Assembly (NCBI GenBank): GCA_963702895.1 | Contig: OY969767.1 | Span: forward strand, 1,216,001-1,280,000 | Direction of reading: 5' to 3' | Source: an uncultured Elusimicrobia bacterium | Lineage (GTDB): Bacteria; Elusimicrobiota; Elusimicrobia; 2-01-FULL-59-12 | DNA: 64,000 nt | Shown here: piece by piece, positions 48,141-59,716 of the stretch | Position numbering within the stretch: the stretch's first letter is position 1 | How the letters are laid out: each line of letters opens with the position of its first letter | The notes under the pieces: generated by a model | Database searches by the model: none | Told to the model about the DNA's origin: nothing | Seen by the model: the letters and a program-made list of their open reading frames with translations, nothing else | Program-made: the position numbers and the translations under genes

Positions 48141-49012
48141 GAAGTGGGGGGTTGGCCGGATGCTTTCTCTGCTGGCACATTCGTCTTCTCTTCCGTTGCA
48201 AAATAAGCCAGCATCTTCCCGAGGCAAGAACGTAGGTCTTTGCGCTCGACAATGGCATCAATCATGCCATGGGTCAACAAGAATTCAGAAAGCTGAAAGC
48301 CTTCGGGGAGCTGCTGACGGATGGTCTGTTCAATCACCCGGGGCCCCGCAAAGGCGATGAGGGCCTTCGGTTCAGCAAGGATAATGTCACCCAACATCGC
48401 AAAGGAGGCCGTGACGCCACCCGTTGTGGGATCAGCAAGCAGAGAAAAAAACGGGATGCCCGCTTCGGAGAGTCTTGCGAGCGCGGCACTCGTCTTGGCC
48501 ATTTGCATCAGGGACAAAATAGACTCCTGCATGCGCGCTCCGCCTGAGGCCGAAGCGATGAGGAGCGGATTCCTCGATTTGAGGGCCATCTCGATCGCGA
48601 GAGTCACTTTTTCCCCCACAACACTCCCCATGCTGCCGGCCATAAAGTCAAAGTCGAGCAGCGCGGCGACAAGAGGACGCCCCTCGACCGTGCCTTGACC
48701 ACAGAGACAGGCATCGCGCTGTCCTGTCTTTTTTTGGCTTTGTTTTAAGCGGGTCGCGTAAGGTTGAATATCGACAAAACCGATGGGGTCGCTCGGCATG
48801 ATGTTCTGTCCCAACTCTTGAAAGGATCCTTCATCGAATAATTGCTTGACGCGCTCCCTGGCGCTCAGTCTGAAATGAGCGCCGCATTTGGGGCACACGC
48901 GAAGATTGTCTTCGAGTTCCTTGTTGTAAATAATTTGTTCGCATTTATCACATTTAGTCCAAACCCCCTCAGGGATGGCCTTTTTTGTTCTGGCCGATGG
49001 TTCAAGAGGCAT
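48137..49012 (-). CDS. accD: Acetyl-CoA carboxylase carboxyltransferase beta subunit
   Basis: WTKCDKC...VCPKC zinc finger, GSMGSVVGEK, SGGARMQE, PTTGGVTASF, FAGPRVIEQT. Confidence 0.97.
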   Translation of the reverse strand: MPLEPSARTKKAIPEGVWTKCDKCEQIIYNKELEDNLRVCPKCGAHFRLSARERVKQLFDEGSFQELGQNIMPSDPIGFVDIQPYATRLKQSQKKTGQRDACLCGQGTVEGRPLVAALLDFDFMAGSMGSVVGEKVTLAIEMALKSRNPLLIASASGGARMQESILSLMQMAKTSAALARLSEAGIPFFSLLADPTTGGVTASFAMLGDIILAEPKALIAFAGPRVIEQTIRQQLPEGFQLSEFLLTHGMIDAIVERKDLRSCLGKMLAYFATEEKTNVPAEKASGQPPTS

Positions 49013-49802
49013 GCAGTGCTCCTTTCAACGAACGAACGAGCTGGAGAACATCCCGGAAATGTTTGGACTTGGATCGTTCAGCCGCGCGAATGAGGGCAGA
49101 CCCCACAATCACGCCCTCGACCGTGCGGCCAACCCTTTTGGCCTGCGCTGGGGATGATATCCCAAAGCCTACCGCGACAGGCCTCCGGGAAGCGGCTTTC
49201 ACGGATTTTAGGAACTGATGCAAATGGAGGGGCAAGCTTCGTCGAACTCCCGTCACACCGGTCTGAGAGACGGTATAGAGAAATCCGCGGGACTGGGCAG
49301 CGATCTGACGCAAGCGCTTCGGCGGAGTGGTTGGCGCGACCAGGTAAATGAGGTGAACATGGTGCTTGCGCGCCGCTTGATGATAGGGCAAGCCTTCCTC
49401 AGGAATGATATCCGGAATAATCACGCCATCCACACCTGCGGCACTGCAGCGTTCAAAGAAACGAGAGATGCCCATCGCATAAACGGGATTGGCATAGCTC
49501 ATCAGAATGATGGGAATTTGAAGCCCCCCCCTGCGCCAAGCGTGCACTTCACGGAAAATCCAGTCAGGCGAGATTCGGTAACGCAGAGCTCTTTGTGATG
49601 ACTGTTGAATGGTAGGACCATCGGCGATGGGGTCCGAAAAGGGCACACCGATTTCAATCATATCGAGTCCCGCCTCCGCCATGGAAAGGACTAAGCGGTG
49701 GAATGCCTTGGGTGTTGGAAATCCTGCCGTCATATATCCAATCAGAGCTTTATGGCCATTCGCTTTTAATAGCGCAAACGTTCGATCAATACGATTACGC
49801 AT
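49002..49802 (-). CDS. trpA: Tryptophan synthase alpha chain
   Basis: [45 protein letters not shown]. Start 49802. Confidence 0.96.
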   Translation of the reverse strand: MRNRIDRTFALLKANGHKALIGYMTAGFPTPKAFHRLVLSMAEAGLDMIEIGVPFSDPIADGPTIQQSSQRALRYRISPDWIFREVHAWRRGGLQIPIILMSYANPVYAMGISRFFERCSAAGVDGVIIPDIIPEEGLPYHQAARKHHVHLIYLVAPTTPPKRLRQIAAQSRGFLYTVSQTGVTGVRRSLPLHLHQFLKSVKAASRRPVAVGFGISSPAQAKRVGRTVEGVIVGSALIRAAERSKSKHFRDVLQLVRSLKGALHAS

Positions 49803-50979
49803 AGTGGCCCTGTAATATAGGCATGTCTTTGTCGCCGCGTCCCGACAGATTAAGGATGATGATATCGCTTGTTTTAAAGCGCGACTTATGTTTCCTGAGA
49901 TAACCAATCGCGTGCGCCGGTTCAAGCGCTGGTAAAATCCCTTCGGTCCGGCACAGGAGCTCAAAACCGTTGAGGCATTCCTGATCAGAAGCGACTCCAT
50001 ACTCCGCGCGATGCGAATCTCTGTAATAGGCATGCTCCGGCCCGACGCCCGGATAGTCGAGCCCAGCCGATATGGAATGGGTCGCCTGGATTTGGCCCTG
50101 TCGGTCCTGAAGGACATAGCTCAGAGCGCCGTGCAGAATACCACGCGAGCCTTTGGCGAGTGAAGCCGCGTGATGTCCGGAAGCGAGTCCCCTCCCGGCA
50201 GGTTCGACACCGATCATGCGAACCGACTGATCCTTAAAAAAGGGATGAAACAGGCCGATGGAGTTCGATCCGCCCCCCACGCAAGCGACGAGATAATCGG
50301 GCAGGCGACCCTCCTCGCGCAAAATCTGCCGGCGTGCTTCCCGCCCAATAACAGACTGAAAGTCACGGACCATCATGGGGAACGGATGGGGCCCGACGAC
50401 AGAGCCCACCACATAATGGGTGGTTACGACGTTGGTGACCCAGTCTCGCATCGCCTCATTGATCGCGTCTTTCAGGGTCCTGGTGCCACTCTTAACCGGA
50501 ATGACACGCGCACCAAGGCGCTCCATGCGAAAGACATTGGGTGCCTGCCGCCGGATATCTTCTTCCCCCATATACACATCACAGGCGATGCCAAAGAAAG
50601 CCGCTGCAGTTGCTGTCGCGACCCCGTGCTGTCCCGCCCCGGTTTCCGCGATGACGCGCTTTTTTCCAAGGTGGCGCGTGAGCAGCATTTGCCCCAGTGC
50701 GTTATTAATCTTGTGGGAGCCGGTGTGGCAAAGGTCCTCTCGCTTGAGATAGAGGCGACCGTGTCCAAGCGCCGCACTCAGCCTCTTCGCATACATCAAA
50801 GGTGTCGGTCGGCCGGCAAAGGTCCTGAGGTGGTAGGCCAGTTCCTTCCTAAAGGTCGGGTCCTGTCGGGTTCTTCGATACGCGTCTTCAAGCTGCTGAA
50901 GAGCGGGCAAGAGAGTCTCCGGGATAAACCGTCCGCCGAAGGGGCCGAAGTAACCTCGCTTGTTAGGCAGGGCTCTCAT
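49795..50979 (-). CDS. trpB: Tryptophan synthase beta chain
   Basis: [55 protein letters not shown]. Confidence 0.98.
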   Translation of the reverse strand: MRALPNKRGYFGPFGGRFIPETLLPALQQLEDAYRRTRQDPTFRKELAYHLRTFAGRPTPLMYAKRLSAALGHGRLYLKREDLCHTGSHKINNALGQMLLTRHLGKKRVIAETGAGQHGVATATAAAFFGIACDVYMGEEDIRRQAPNVFRMERLGARVIPVKSGTRTLKDAINEAMRDWVTNVVTTHYVVGSVVGPHPFPMMVRDFQSVIGREARRQILREEGRLPDYLVACVGGGSNSIGLFHPFFKDQSVRMIGVEPAGRGLASGHHAASLAKGSRGILHGALSYVLQDRQGQIQATHSISAGLDYPGVGPEHAYYRDSHRAEYGVASDQECLNGFELLCRTEGILPALEPAHAIGYLRKHKSRFKTSDIIILNLSGRGDKDMPILQGHYA

Positions 50980-51608
50980 CGCACCGATTTGGCTATCTGG
51001 ATAAAGTTCTTCATCGCTTCATAGTCTTTTCTCGTTTGAGATTTCTCAACACCACTGCACACGTCGACCATGGGGGGATGGACAGCCTTGAGCGCTTCGA
51101 GAATATTGCCGGGGTGAAGCCCTCCAGCGAGAAACCAGGGCTTGGAATAGAGCTCAAGCGCCTTCAGCCAATCCCAGGAAAAGCTCAGCCCGGTGCCGCC
51201 CGGCATATCGACGGAATAGGTATCGAAGAGAAAATAATCGACATGCTCTTCGTAAGGCGTCAGTTCGGCGAGCTCGAGGGGCTTTTGTAAACGAAGGGCC
51301 TTGATGAGCTTGACACCAAGCGCCCGAGCGTCACGGCAATACTCAGGAGATTCCATCCCATGCAATTGAATGATTTTAAGTGGCACTCGTTTGACAGTCT
51401 TGGCCAGGGACTCCATTGGTTCATCAACAAAGACGCCCGCCAGACCCACGAAAGGTGGAATTTGCGCGGCCAGTTCTTTCGCGTGCTGAAGGGACACTTT
51501 CCTGGGACTTTGAGGACAGAAATTCAATCCGAGAAAGTCCGCTCCAAGGTTGGCCGCCCACAGAGCGTCTTGCGCGTTGGTCACACCACAGATCTTTACT
51601 TTCGGCAT
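50976..51608 (-). CDS. trpF: Phosphoribosylanthranilate isomerase
   Basis: VKICG, SPR, GVFV, QLHG.E, GGTG..F.W, LAGGL, VDV.SGVE. Confidence 0.96.
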   Translation of the reverse strand: MPKVKICGVTNAQDALWAANLGADFLGLNFCPQSPRKVSLQHAKELAAQIPPFVGLAGVFVDEPMESLAKTVKRVPLKIIQLHGMESPEYCRDARALGVKLIKALRLQKPLELAELTPYEEHVDYFLFDTYSVDMPGGTGLSFSWDWLKALELYSKPWFLAGGLHPGNILEALKAVHPPMVDVCSGVEKSQTRKDYEAMKNFIQIAKSVR

Positions 51609-52387
51609 GCTTGGACAAACTCCCTTACGAGAAATTCCGGATGTTCTGATCGCATCAGTGCTTCACCGACCAAGACGGCATGGGCCCCCAGATCTTGCAG
51701 GGGGCGCAGCTCAGCTGGACTTTGGATGCCGCTTTCAACCACGATCGTAAGGCCTTTCCCCGTCGCCTTGGGGAGGAGTTTTGTCGCGGTAGAGGTGTCA
51801 ACGCGCAGCGTGTGGAGATTTCTGTTATTGATGCCGATGATCGCAGCTTTCGAAGCCACGGCATGTTCCAGCTCCTGGAGGGAGTTCACTTCAACGAGGG
51901 CATCGAGCCCGCAACCCTCACACTCTACGATAAAGTCTCTCAAGAGCTTTCCAGGCAAGAGGCTCGCGATCAGCAAGAGAGCGTCGGCCCCGAGCGTTTT
52001 GGATTCCAGGATCTGATAGAGGTCGATGATGAAGTCCTTACGAAGGATCGGGAGGTTGGTATGCTTTCGGGCGTTTTCCAGAAGCTGCGGGGAACCATGG
52101 AAGTAGTCTTCTTCTGTGAGAATAGACAGAGCGGCAGCCCCGCCCCGTGCGTAAGCTGAAATCTGAGCGGGGATGTCCTCCACCTTTCGGATCAGACCCG
52201 CGGACGGTGAGGCCTGCTTGAGCTCCGCGATGAGCGAGACCCTGCCGGGCTGCTCAATCGCTTTTCTGAAAGATCGGACGGGAGTGGTGGGAAGGTGCGC
52301 TCGCAAGACGGGGACCGGGACCCGCGCTTTTTGGACATCGACACGCTTTCGTGTCTGGGCCGTGACTTCTGCGAGGAAATCAGACAT
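51596..52387 (-). CDS. trpC: Indole-3-glycerol phosphate synthase
   Basis: IAELKQASPSAG, SILTE..YF.GS, LRKDF, GADA.LLI, LVEV, GINNRNL, ESGI, LVGEALM. Confidence 0.96.
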   Translation of the reverse strand: MSDFLAEVTAQTRKRVDVQKARVPVPVLRAHLPTTPVRSFRKAIEQPGRVSLIAELKQASPSAGLIRKVEDIPAQISAYARGGAAALSILTEEDYFHGSPQLLENARKHTNLPILRKDFIIDLYQILESKTLGADALLLIASLLPGKLLRDFIVECEGCGLDALVEVNSLQELEHAVASKAAIIGINNRNLHTLRVDTSTATKLLPKATGKGLTIVVESGIQSPAELRPLQDLGAHAVLVGEALMRSEHPEFLVREFVQACRK

Positions 52388-53429
52388 GCTCGTCCTCAAC
52401 GGGCGTGAGCGCTCGCTTTAATTGCTCATATTTGCGGAGGGCCGCTTTCGAGTCGAGGCTCTTTTGCGCCATGACGGCGCCATCCTTAAGGGTCATTGTT
52501 TTGGACCCCCCGGATTTGGTGCGCGCCGCAGCGCGGATGGCAGCGCCGGCGTTCATACAGACTGTATTTCTCAAATAGCCCTGGCGGCCATTTAACACTT
52601 CCAACAAGGCCCTGGCAAAATCCGCCGGGGTTTTCGACAGAGGCTCTTCCCGGACTTGAGTTTTGTAGCCAAAGTCTTCCGGTCTCCAGGTGTCGGTCCT
52701 CACCGTGTCCTGAGACAGTTCTGCCACTTCGGTAGGGCCACAAAGCGAGATTTCATCTTCTCCTTGACCATGGACAACACAGGCGGACTCGCAGCCCAAT
52801 CGCTTCAAGACTTCCGCCACAGGTTTTAACCAGATCGGGTCATAGACACCCATCAATTGAACATTAGGTTTTGCGGGATTCGAAAGCGGGCCAAGCAGGT
52901 TAAAGATCGTGCGCGTGGCCAGCTCCTTGCGCACCGGCATGGCATGCTTCATGGAAGGATGGAAAGCCGGAGCGAAGAGAAACGCAAGGCCCTGATCGGA
53001 CAGACATTTCTCGGCAATGGAGGCCTGCTCGAGCATCGGGAGGCCCAGAGCCTCAAGGACATCGGCTGAGCCGCAGGAGGATGAGACAGAACGATTGCCA
53101 TGTTTAGCGACGGTGTAACCAGCGCCTGCGACCACAAAAGCCGCCGCGGTGGAAACGTTGAAAATACTTTTCCCATCCCCACCGGTCCCGCAGGTGTCGA
53201 CGAGCGGCATTTTGTTTGTTACGACAGAGACGGAGGCTTCCCGCATGGCTTCGGAAGCACCTGTTAATTCGTCGATCGACTCCCCTTTCACGCGCAAGGC
53301 AGAAAGAACGGCAGCCAGATGGACGGGAGAAAGCTCTCCCTTCATGATCAACAGGAAGAGCTCTTTGGCTTCCTGTCGCGTGAGGGCCCGACGGTCCAGG
53401 AGTTTATGGAGAAACGGCAGTACGCTCAT
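52380..53429 (-). CDS. trpD: Anthranilate phosphoribosyltransferase
   Basis: [45 protein letters not shown]. Start 53429. Confidence 0.96.
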   Translation of the reverse strand: MSVLPFLHKLLDRRALTRQEAKELFLLIMKGELSPVHLAAVLSALRVKGESIDELTGASEAMREASVSVVTNKMPLVDTCGTGGDGKSIFNVSTAAAFVVAGAGYTVAKHGNRSVSSSCGSADVLEALGLPMLEQASIAEKCLSDQGLAFLFAPAFHPSMKHAMPVRKELATRTIFNLLGPLSNPAKPNVQLMGVYDPIWLKPVAEVLKRLGCESACVVHGQGEDEISLCGPTEVAELSQDTVRTDTWRPEDFGYKTQVREEPLSKTPADFARALLEVLNGRQGYLRNTVCMNAGAAIRAAARTKSGGSKTMTLKDGAVMAQKSLDSKAALRKYEQLKRALTPVEDEHV

Positions 53430-54010
53430 GTTGACACTCCCGTGCGCAGCGTGAGAAAGTTGGCCAAAAGGCTCTTTCCGTCTAAGGTCATAATGGACTC
53501 CGGGTGAAACTGTACTCCCTCGAGGGCTGGTAGGGTCTTGTGCCGTATCCCCATCACTTCGCCTTCTTCGGTCCAAGCGCTGACCTCAAGACAAGATGGA
53601 AGCGTCGCTTTCTCCACGAGCAAAGAATGGTAGCGCGTGGCGGTAAACGGATTTGGAAGTCCCGCAAAAAGCGCCTTCGTATCATGCCAAATGGGGGAGG
53701 TCTTCCCGTGCATGAGACGCTCTGCGCGCACGACCTTGCCACCATAAGCATAGCCAATCGCTTGATGACCCAGACACACACCCAAAACAGGAATTCTTCC
53801 AGCAAAACGCTGTATGGCCTCGACCGAAATACCCGCTGAAGTCGGCTCACCGGGTCCCGGCGAGATCACCAGATGAGAAGGCCTTAGCTCTTCCATACCA
53901 CTCGGGGTAATCGCATCATGGCGAAACACTCGCACATCCTGTCCCATCTCCTGGAAATATTGAACCAGGTTATAGGTGAAAGAGTCGTAGTTGTCGATCA
54001 TGAGAATCAT
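53426..54010 (-). CDS. trpG: Anthranilate synthase component II
   Basis: [38 protein letters not shown]. Start 54010. Confidence 0.95.
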   Translation of the reverse strand: MILMIDNYDSFTYNLVQYFQEMGQDVRVFRHDAITPSGMEELRPSHLVISPGPGEPTSAGISVEAIQRFAGRIPVLGVCLGHQAIGYAYGGKVVRAERLMHGKTSPIWHDTKALFAGLPNPFTATRYHSLLVEKATLPSCLEVSAWTEEGEVMGIRHKTLPALEGVQFHPESIMTLDGKSLLANFLTLRTGVST

Positions 54011-55488
54011 ACGAGCTCCTGTGCCATTTGGACAGCGGCGAAGAGCGCGGCAGCTTTTTGCTGGCATTCCCGGAATTCGCGTTCCGGCACGGAGTCTGCC
54101 ACAATCCCGGCACCGGCCTGCATATACGCTTTCCCCTGACAGAAGACAAGCGTTCGAATCGTAATCGCCATATCCATATCCCCCGTATAGGAATAATAGC
54201 CAATGGACCCGGCGTAGGGCCCGCGTCTGACGGGCTCGAGCTCATCGATGATCTGCATCGCTCGGACCTTCGGGGCGCCGGACACCGTCCCTGCCGGAAA
54301 GCAAGCTTGAAATAGATCAAAGGCATTCGCGGATGCACTCAATTGTCCGGTGACGGATGAAACGAGATGCATCACGTGAGAATATCGCTCGATCGTCATC
54401 AGCTCTGGCACCTGGACCGTGCCGGGTTCACAAACCCTTCCTAAATCGTTACGACCCAGGTCCACTAACATCAAATGTTCGGCACGCTCCTTTGGATCGT
54501 GCTCTAACTCTTTTGCGAGCGCCGCGTCTTCGGCGGGGCTTTCCCCGCGGCGTCTTGTCCCCGCGATGGGTCTTGTTTCAGCGCGTTCCCCCTCCTTGCG
54601 AACGAGGAGTTCAGGACTTGAACCCACCAAATCCACACCGGGAAAGTGAAGCAGGTACATGTAAGGAGAGGGGTTGACCATCCGCAGGGCACGGTAAACC
54701 TGAAAGGGCGTGACCTTAGGGGACATTTCCCATCGCTGAGAAAGCACGACTTGAATGATATCCCCCGCACGAATATAGTCTTTGGCCTTTTCAACCGCGA
54801 GTTCAAACTCGTGCTGCTGGGAGAGTGGTCGCGGCGGTGGCATCGACTTCATGACAGTCTTGGTCGTCGGCCGATGTCTCCCAAGAAGCGAAATCTGACG
54901 GTCAATCGAACGCAAACCCTTTGTATAGAGCCGCTTGAGGGCAGCCGAGGAGGTTGCGTTTTCAGGGATATGGATATTAGCGATGACCTGGGCCGTTTGG
55001 GAGAAGCGGTCAAACGCGACGATTTCCCCGGACAGTTGGAAAGCCCCTGTCGGGCATGAAAGAGCATCCCGTTTGGAGGACGGAAGGTTCTCGAAGAACC
55101 GGACCGTGTCATAGCCCCAGTAGCCTACGGCGCCACCCCAGAAACGAGAGAGATGTGGGTTCGGCGCTGCTTTGATCTTTGAAAAAATCGATTTCAGTTC
55201 TTTTAAAGGGTTCTGAGACTCAAAGCGACGAATACGTCCGGACTCCTCATACGTGATCGAATGGCCGTGGCAAGTAAAAACGGCATGAGGCCTTTGTCCG
55301 ACAAAAGAGTATCTTCCGAAGCGTTCCCCACCCTCAACGCTTTCCAGCAGAAAGGCATAAGGCTCCTTCGCTTGCAGCCGCTCATAGACCGACACGGGTG
55401 TGACACGGTCCACGACGCATTCTTTCGAAATCGCAATCAGATTGTACGTCCGGGCCAGTTTCAAGAACTCCGCAAACGTTGGTGTCAT
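54007..55488 (-). CDS. trpE: Anthranilate synthase component I
   Basis: [58 protein letters not shown]. Confidence 0.96.
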   Translation of the reverse strand: MTPTFAEFLKLARTYNLIAISKECVVDRVTPVSVYERLQAKEPYAFLLESVEGGERFGRYSFVGQRPHAVFTCHGHSITYEESGRIRRFESQNPLKELKSIFSKIKAAPNPHLSRFWGGAVGYWGYDTVRFFENLPSSKRDALSCPTGAFQLSGEIVAFDRFSQTAQVIANIHIPENATSSAALKRLYTKGLRSIDRQISLLGRHRPTTKTVMKSMPPPRPLSQQHEFELAVEKAKDYIRAGDIIQVVLSQRWEMSPKVTPFQVYRALRMVNPSPYMYLLHFPGVDLVGSSPELLVRKEGERAETRPIAGTRRRGESPAEDAALAKELEHDPKERAEHLMLVDLGRNDLGRVCEPGTVQVPELMTIERYSHVMHLVSSVTGQLSASANAFDLFQACFPAGTVSGAPKVRAMQIIDELEPVRRGPYAGSIGYYSYTGDMDMAITIRTLVFCQGKAYMQAGAGIVADSVPEREFRECQQKAAALFAAVQMAQELV

Positions 55489-55997
55489 GGGATCTGAATC
55501 ACCCTGCCCTTGATTTTTGAGAGAGCCAAGAAGAAGATTCGTTCGCCGGTTTGGGAGTCCTTCCAGGTTGTGGAGTCAAGTGACTCGTCCCGGTTGTCGC
55601 CTAGAACAAACACATGGCCCTCCGGCACTTTCAAGGGCCCGAGATTGTCGCCGTCAAGCAGTTCTTCGGGGCGTTTATAAACAACGTACGGCTCTTCTAA
55701 TGGCTTATGGTTTAAAACAACTTTTTTCTCGCGCAATTCGATCGTGTCGCCCTCGAGCGCGATCACACGTTTGATCGATCCTTTCTTGTGATCGACAGGG
55801 CTCAAAAAGACGATGATATCGCCGTGTCGGGGTCGCGAGAAGCGATAAACCAGTCGGTTCACAAGATAATGGGTCCCAACCCCGAGTGTCGGCTCCATGG
55901 ATGCCGAGGCGACGGAGATCGTGTCAATGAGAAACGTCCTCAGGATCAGCGTGATCCCCACCGCCAGGGACACGAGAAAGAGGATTCTCTTGATCAC
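55485..55997 (-). CDS. lepB: Signal peptidase I
   Basis: SASMEPTL (Ser), [10 protein letters not shown] (Lys), [12 protein letters not shown]; one N-terminal TM helix. Confidence 0.92.
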   Translation of the reverse strand: MIKRILFLVSLAVGITLILRTFLIDTISVASASMEPTLGVGTHYLVNRLVYRFSRPRHGDIIVFLSPVDHKKGSIKRVIALEGDTIELREKKVVLNHKPLEEPYVVYKRPEELLDGDNLGPLKVPEGHVFVLGDNRDESLDSTTWKDSQTGERIFFLALSKIKGRVIQIP

Positions 55998-56377
55998 CCG
56001 TAGACCTTTTTGGGGTCAAAAAGTGGTTTGCCCATGGTCTTAAGCCTGGCCCCAGCGACCACTTTACGATAGAAGCATGATCTGTGGCCACTATGGCAGG
56101 CCGCCCTGCCCACTTGCTCGACTTTGATCAGCAAACAGTCCCCATCACAGTCAATCCTGATCTCCTTGACCTTCTGGACATTGCCGGAACTCTCACCTTT
56201 AAGCCAAAATGCGCGACGAGAGCGGCTCCAGAACACGCTTTTTTTGAGCCGCAGGGTGCGCTTGACGGCTTCCCGGTTCATGTAGGCGACCATCAGCACC
56301 GTCCCGTCCTTCGCGTCTTGCACGACAACGGGAATCAGTCTTTTATCATCAAACTTAAGAGTCTGATACAGATTCAT
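55994..56377 (-). CDS. hisI: Phosphoribosyl-AMP cyclohydrolase
   Basis: [13 protein letters not shown]...W.KGESSG, DCDGD, ACHSG..SCF. Confidence 0.96.
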   Translation of the reverse strand: MNLYQTLKFDDKRLIPVVVQDAKDGTVLMVAYMNREAVKRTLRLKKSVFWSRSRRAFWLKGESSGNVQKVKEIRIDCDGDCLLIKVEQVGRAACHSGHRSCFYRKVVAGARLKTMGKPLFDPKKVYG

Positions 56378-56378
56378 A

Positions 56379-57140
56379 TCACGAGCACCGGACAGCGATT
56401 CCTTTCTTTTTCAGATATTGTTTGAGCTCGCTGATGCGTAGTTCTTTGCGATGAAACAAGGACGCCGCCAGCGCCGCATGGGCATGCCCTTTGGCAAAAG
56501 CGTCAAAGAAATGCGCATTCTTGCCAGCCCCGCCGGAGGCAATGACAGGGATCTTGACTTTCTGGCAAAGAGTACGCAGCAGGGCGATGTCATAGCCTGC
56601 CTGAGTGCCGTCGCGGTCCATCGACGTCAAAAGGATCTCCCCCGCTCCCAGACGTTCGGCTCGCCTGGCCCAGACGATGGCATCGATGCCTGTCTTTTGG
56701 CGACCCCCATAGGTGTAAACATGCCACCCGCCCCCTGATTGTCGTTTGGCGTCAATCGCCACCACGATGCATTGAGACCCGAATCGCCGTGCACCGTTCG
56801 TGATGAGACTCGGTTCTTCAACCGCAGCCGTGTTCAGGGAGACCTTGTCCGCTCCTGCATTCAGCAGGGCCCTCATGTCTTCAACAGTCCTAATCCCTCC
56901 CCCTACCGTGAGCGGAATAAAGACTTGCTCGGCCGTACGCTCGACGACTTTAAGTAAGGTCCCTCGCTTCTCTGCAGAAGCGGTGATGTCAAGAAAGACC
57001 AGCTCATCGGCGCCTTCAACGTTGTAGCGCCTCGCCAATTCAACGGGGTCGCCCGAGTCCACCAAATTGAGGAACCGAGTCCCTTTGACCACACGCCCAG
57101 CATCGACATCGAGGCAGGGAATGATGCGTTTGGCGAGCAT
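56379..57140 (-). CDS. hisF: Imidazole glycerol phosphate synthase cyclase subunit
   Basis: [53 protein letters not shown]. Confidence 0.97.
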   Translation of the reverse strand: MLAKRIIPCLDVDAGRVVKGTRFLNLVDSGDPVELARRYNVEGADELVFLDITASAEKRGTLLKVVERTAEQVFIPLTVGGGIRTVEDMRALLNAGADKVSLNTAAVEEPSLITNGARRFGSQCIVVAIDAKRQSGGGWHVYTYGGRQKTGIDAIVWARRAERLGAGEILLTSMDRDGTQAGYDIALLRTLCQKVKIPVIASGGAGKNAHFFDAFAKGHAHAALAASLFHRKELRISELKQYLKKKGIAVRCS

Positions 57141-57145
57141 GAGAC

Positions 57146-57874
57146 TTAGCTCCCTGCGACTTGAATGGCCTCTTGCAGGGTGATCTTCTGATCATACAAG
57201 GCCTTACCGATGATCACCCCGTCAAGTCCCAGAGGTTCCAGTTCTTTAAGTTGCCAGAGATCGTCTGCCGTTGTGATCCCTCCCGAGGCAATGACCGATG
57301 TGCCAACAGCTTCCTGCAAGAATAATTGGATGGCGCCGAGATTAGGTCCCGACAAGGTCCCGTCTTTTCGGGTGTCTGTAAAGAGCAGCGATTGGACACC
57401 CAAGTGTTTCATCTTTCGAACCAGCACATCAAACGTAATCGCGGAGATGTCCTTCCAGCCAGACACAGCGACAAAATCTTCAGAGACATCAATGCTCACC
57501 GCGATGGCTTTACCGTATTGTCTGACCGCTTGGGCCACAAGGTCGGGGTTATGAACAGCAGCCGTTCCGAGGACGACTCGGTCAACACCCGCGGCGAAAG
57601 CGGCCGCGATCGTTTCCATGGACCGGAACCCTCCGCCCATCTGGATGGGGATGGACACAATCTTTTTCATGCGTGCCACTTTATCAAGATTAGAAGGGCT
57701 CCCCTGGAAAGCACCATCCAAATCCACGATATGCAGCACGCGCGCCCCTTGTCCCGCCCAAAAGGAAGCCATCTCGACAGGGTCCTTCGAGTAAACCGTC
57801 TTGAGCTCATCGCGCCCCTGATAGAGCCTCACGCATTGGCCATGCCGGATGTCGATCGCTGGGATTACAAGCAC
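57146..57874 (-). CDS. hisA: ProFAR isomerase
   Basis: [48 protein letters not shown] start 57874. Confidence 0.96.
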   Translation of the reverse strand: MLVIPAIDIRHGQCVRLYQGRDELKTVYSKDPVEMASFWAGQGARVLHIVDLDGAFQGSPSNLDKVARMKKIVSIPIQMGGGFRSMETIAAAFAAGVDRVVLGTAAVHNPDLVAQAVRQYGKAIAVSIDVSEDFVAVSGWKDISAITFDVLVRKMKHLGVQSLLFTDTRKDGTLSGPNLGAIQLFLQEAVGTSVIASGGITTADDLWQLKELEPLGLDGVIIGKALYDQKITLQEAIQVAGS

Positions 57875-58509
57875 CGTGCGACCTCTTGAACGAAGTTCTT
57901 GAGCAGAAGAAGACCTTGCTGGCCGCTTTTCTCCGGATGAAATTGGCACGCGAACAACCGTTCGAGTGCGACGGAGGAACAAAAAGAGCGGCCGTAGCGT
58001 GTCGCGGTCGCCACAACACCAGGCTTGTCTGGCTGTGGGAAAAACGAATGAACGAAATAAAAATAGGTCCCTGTTCGAAGCCTCCGCAGAAGGGGTGTGT
58101 GGACGGTCTGGGATTTCTCAATCTGATTCCATCCCATATGGGGCACTTTAAGATAGGCGTTCATCGAACAAGGAAACCGAAGAACGCGGCCCTTCAAGAA
58201 TCCCAGCCCCTTCTCGCGTGGACTTTCTTCGCTGGATTCAAAGAGAAGCTGCAAGCCCAAACAAATCCCAAGGAACGGTTTGCGCCGCTCAAGAGCATGG
58301 CCAAGAGCACCCATCAGTCTTAATCGTGTAAGCCGTTTCACCGCCTCACCAAAGGCCCCGACGCCCGGCAAAACAACAGCGGATGCTTGACGAATAAGAG
58401 CCGGAGAGCTTGTGACCTTGACCCGCCCTCCAACGATTTCGAGGGCTTTGCTCACACTGTGGAGATTGCCCATCTCATAGTCGACCACAGCAATCAGTGG
58501 CTTGTTCAT
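57865..58509 (-). CDS. hisH: Imidazole glycerol phosphate synthase amidotransferase subunit
   Basis: DYEMGNLHSV, LPGVGAF, GICLGLQ, PHMGWN, YFVHS, QFHPEKS. Start 58509. Confidence 0.96.
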   Translation of the reverse strand: MNKPLIAVVDYEMGNLHSVSKALEIVGGRVKVTSSPALIRQASAVVLPGVGAFGEAVKRLTRLRLMGALGHALERRKPFLGICLGLQLLFESSEESPREKGLGFLKGRVLRFPCSMNAYLKVPHMGWNQIEKSQTVHTPLLRRLRTGTYFYFVHSFFPQPDKPGVVATATRYGRSFCSSVALERLFACQFHPEKSGQQGLLLLKNFVQEVARCL

Positions 58510-59702
58510 CTCGACATCCTCAAGCGTAGCGACGCGGCGTGATTTTCCATCCCTTCGGTTTGTCCCATGACCAACGCCGCCTCCCAATCCGGCTTTTCTG
58601 CTGGTTGGGCGGCATAGGCGATGACGCTTGAACGTTTAAAGAAACTCGCCACAGACAGGCCACTGGAATATCTCGCGGAACGGTTGGTAGGCAGGACATG
58701 CGAGGGGCCTGCCACATAGTCTCCGAGGGCCGCCGGGGTGGTAGGCCCGAGAAAAATCGCGCCCGCATGCCGGATGTGCGGCAAGACTTTCTTTGCGTCT
58801 CGAAAGAGCAGTTCGAGATGCTCCGGCGCGATCTCGTTGGCAAGCTCGATGGCTTTCGGAATGGAGTTAACGTAACGTAATTCCACCCGCTTCATCAGAT
58901 CCCTTGAGAGCCGCTCTTGCACGCGCTTGATCAGGAGCCGATCGGTCGAGAGCAGGAGAGATCGCGCTTCGGGATCATGCTCCGCCTGAGCTTGGAGATC
59001 GAGTTGTACGTATTCCACGGGAGTGTCCCGGTCAGCGACAATGACCACTTCGCTTGGGCCCGCTAAAGAATCGATACCGACATCACCAAAAACCTGTCTC
59101 TTCGCTTCTGTCACATATTGATTGCCAGGGCCAACGATGAAATCGACTTTTTGTATGCGCCGGGTCCCGTAGGCTAGCGCCGCGATGGCGCCGGGGCCAC
59201 CCACACGGTAGACCGCTTCACACCCTGCCAATTGAGCTGCCACGAGAACTTCGGGGGTAAGGTTCTTGGACGGGCTGGCCATCACGATACGCCGAACACC
59301 CGCCACCCGGGCAGGGATGGCGCTCATCAGAACAGTAGAAGGATAGGGGAATCGTCCGCCCGGAATGTAGAGGCCCGCGCTCTCGACAGGCCGAATCAGT
59401 TGACCGACGGAAACGGTGCCATGCGCGAACAGCCAACTTTTGCTGAGCCGCTTGAGTTCATAAAGTGCAAAAGCTTCAATGCTTTTAGCGCATTTCTTAA
59501 TCGCTTTTAGATAGGAATCGGAAACGTACTTATGAGCGCTCGCAAGTTCCTGTTTGGACAAAACGATTTGGCTTGGGGAAAGCCGAACATGGTCATACTG
59601 TTCTGCTAACTCACAAAGAGCACGATCCCCCCGCCTGCGGACGGATTTGATGATCTTGCGGACGATGACGGATGGCTCACTCATAGTATCGAATTTTATC
59701 AA
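58506..59702 (-). CDS. hisD: Histidinol dehydrogenase
   Basis: GLYIPGG..YPSTVLM, GPGN.YV..AK, IDSLAGPSE, QAEHD, APEHLE, GDY.AGPSHVLPT. Confidence 0.93.
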   Translation of the reverse strand: MIKFDTMSEPSVIVRKIIKSVRRRGDRALCELAEQYDHVRLSPSQIVLSKQELASAHKYVSDSYLKAIKKCAKSIEAFALYELKRLSKSWLFAHGTVSVGQLIRPVESAGLYIPGGRFPYPSTVLMSAIPARVAGVRRIVMASPSKNLTPEVLVAAQLAGCEAVYRVGGPGAIAALAYGTRRIQKVDFIVGPGNQYVTEAKRQVFGDVGIDSLAGPSEVVIVADRDTPVEYVQLDLQAQAEHDPEARSLLLSTDRLLIKRVQERLSRDLMKRVELRYVNSIPKAIELANEIAPEHLELLFRDAKKVLPHIRHAGAIFLGPTTPAALGDYVAGPSHVLPTNRSARYSSGLSVASFFKRSSVIAYAAQPAEKPDWEAALVMGQTEGMENHAASLRLRMSR

Positions 59703-59716
59703 AAAGACAATGTGTT

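Noticed and set aside
49524..49531. G8 tract in trpA as a phase-variation site
   Set aside because: Housekeeping gene with Arg-Gly-Gly codons; most likely chance.
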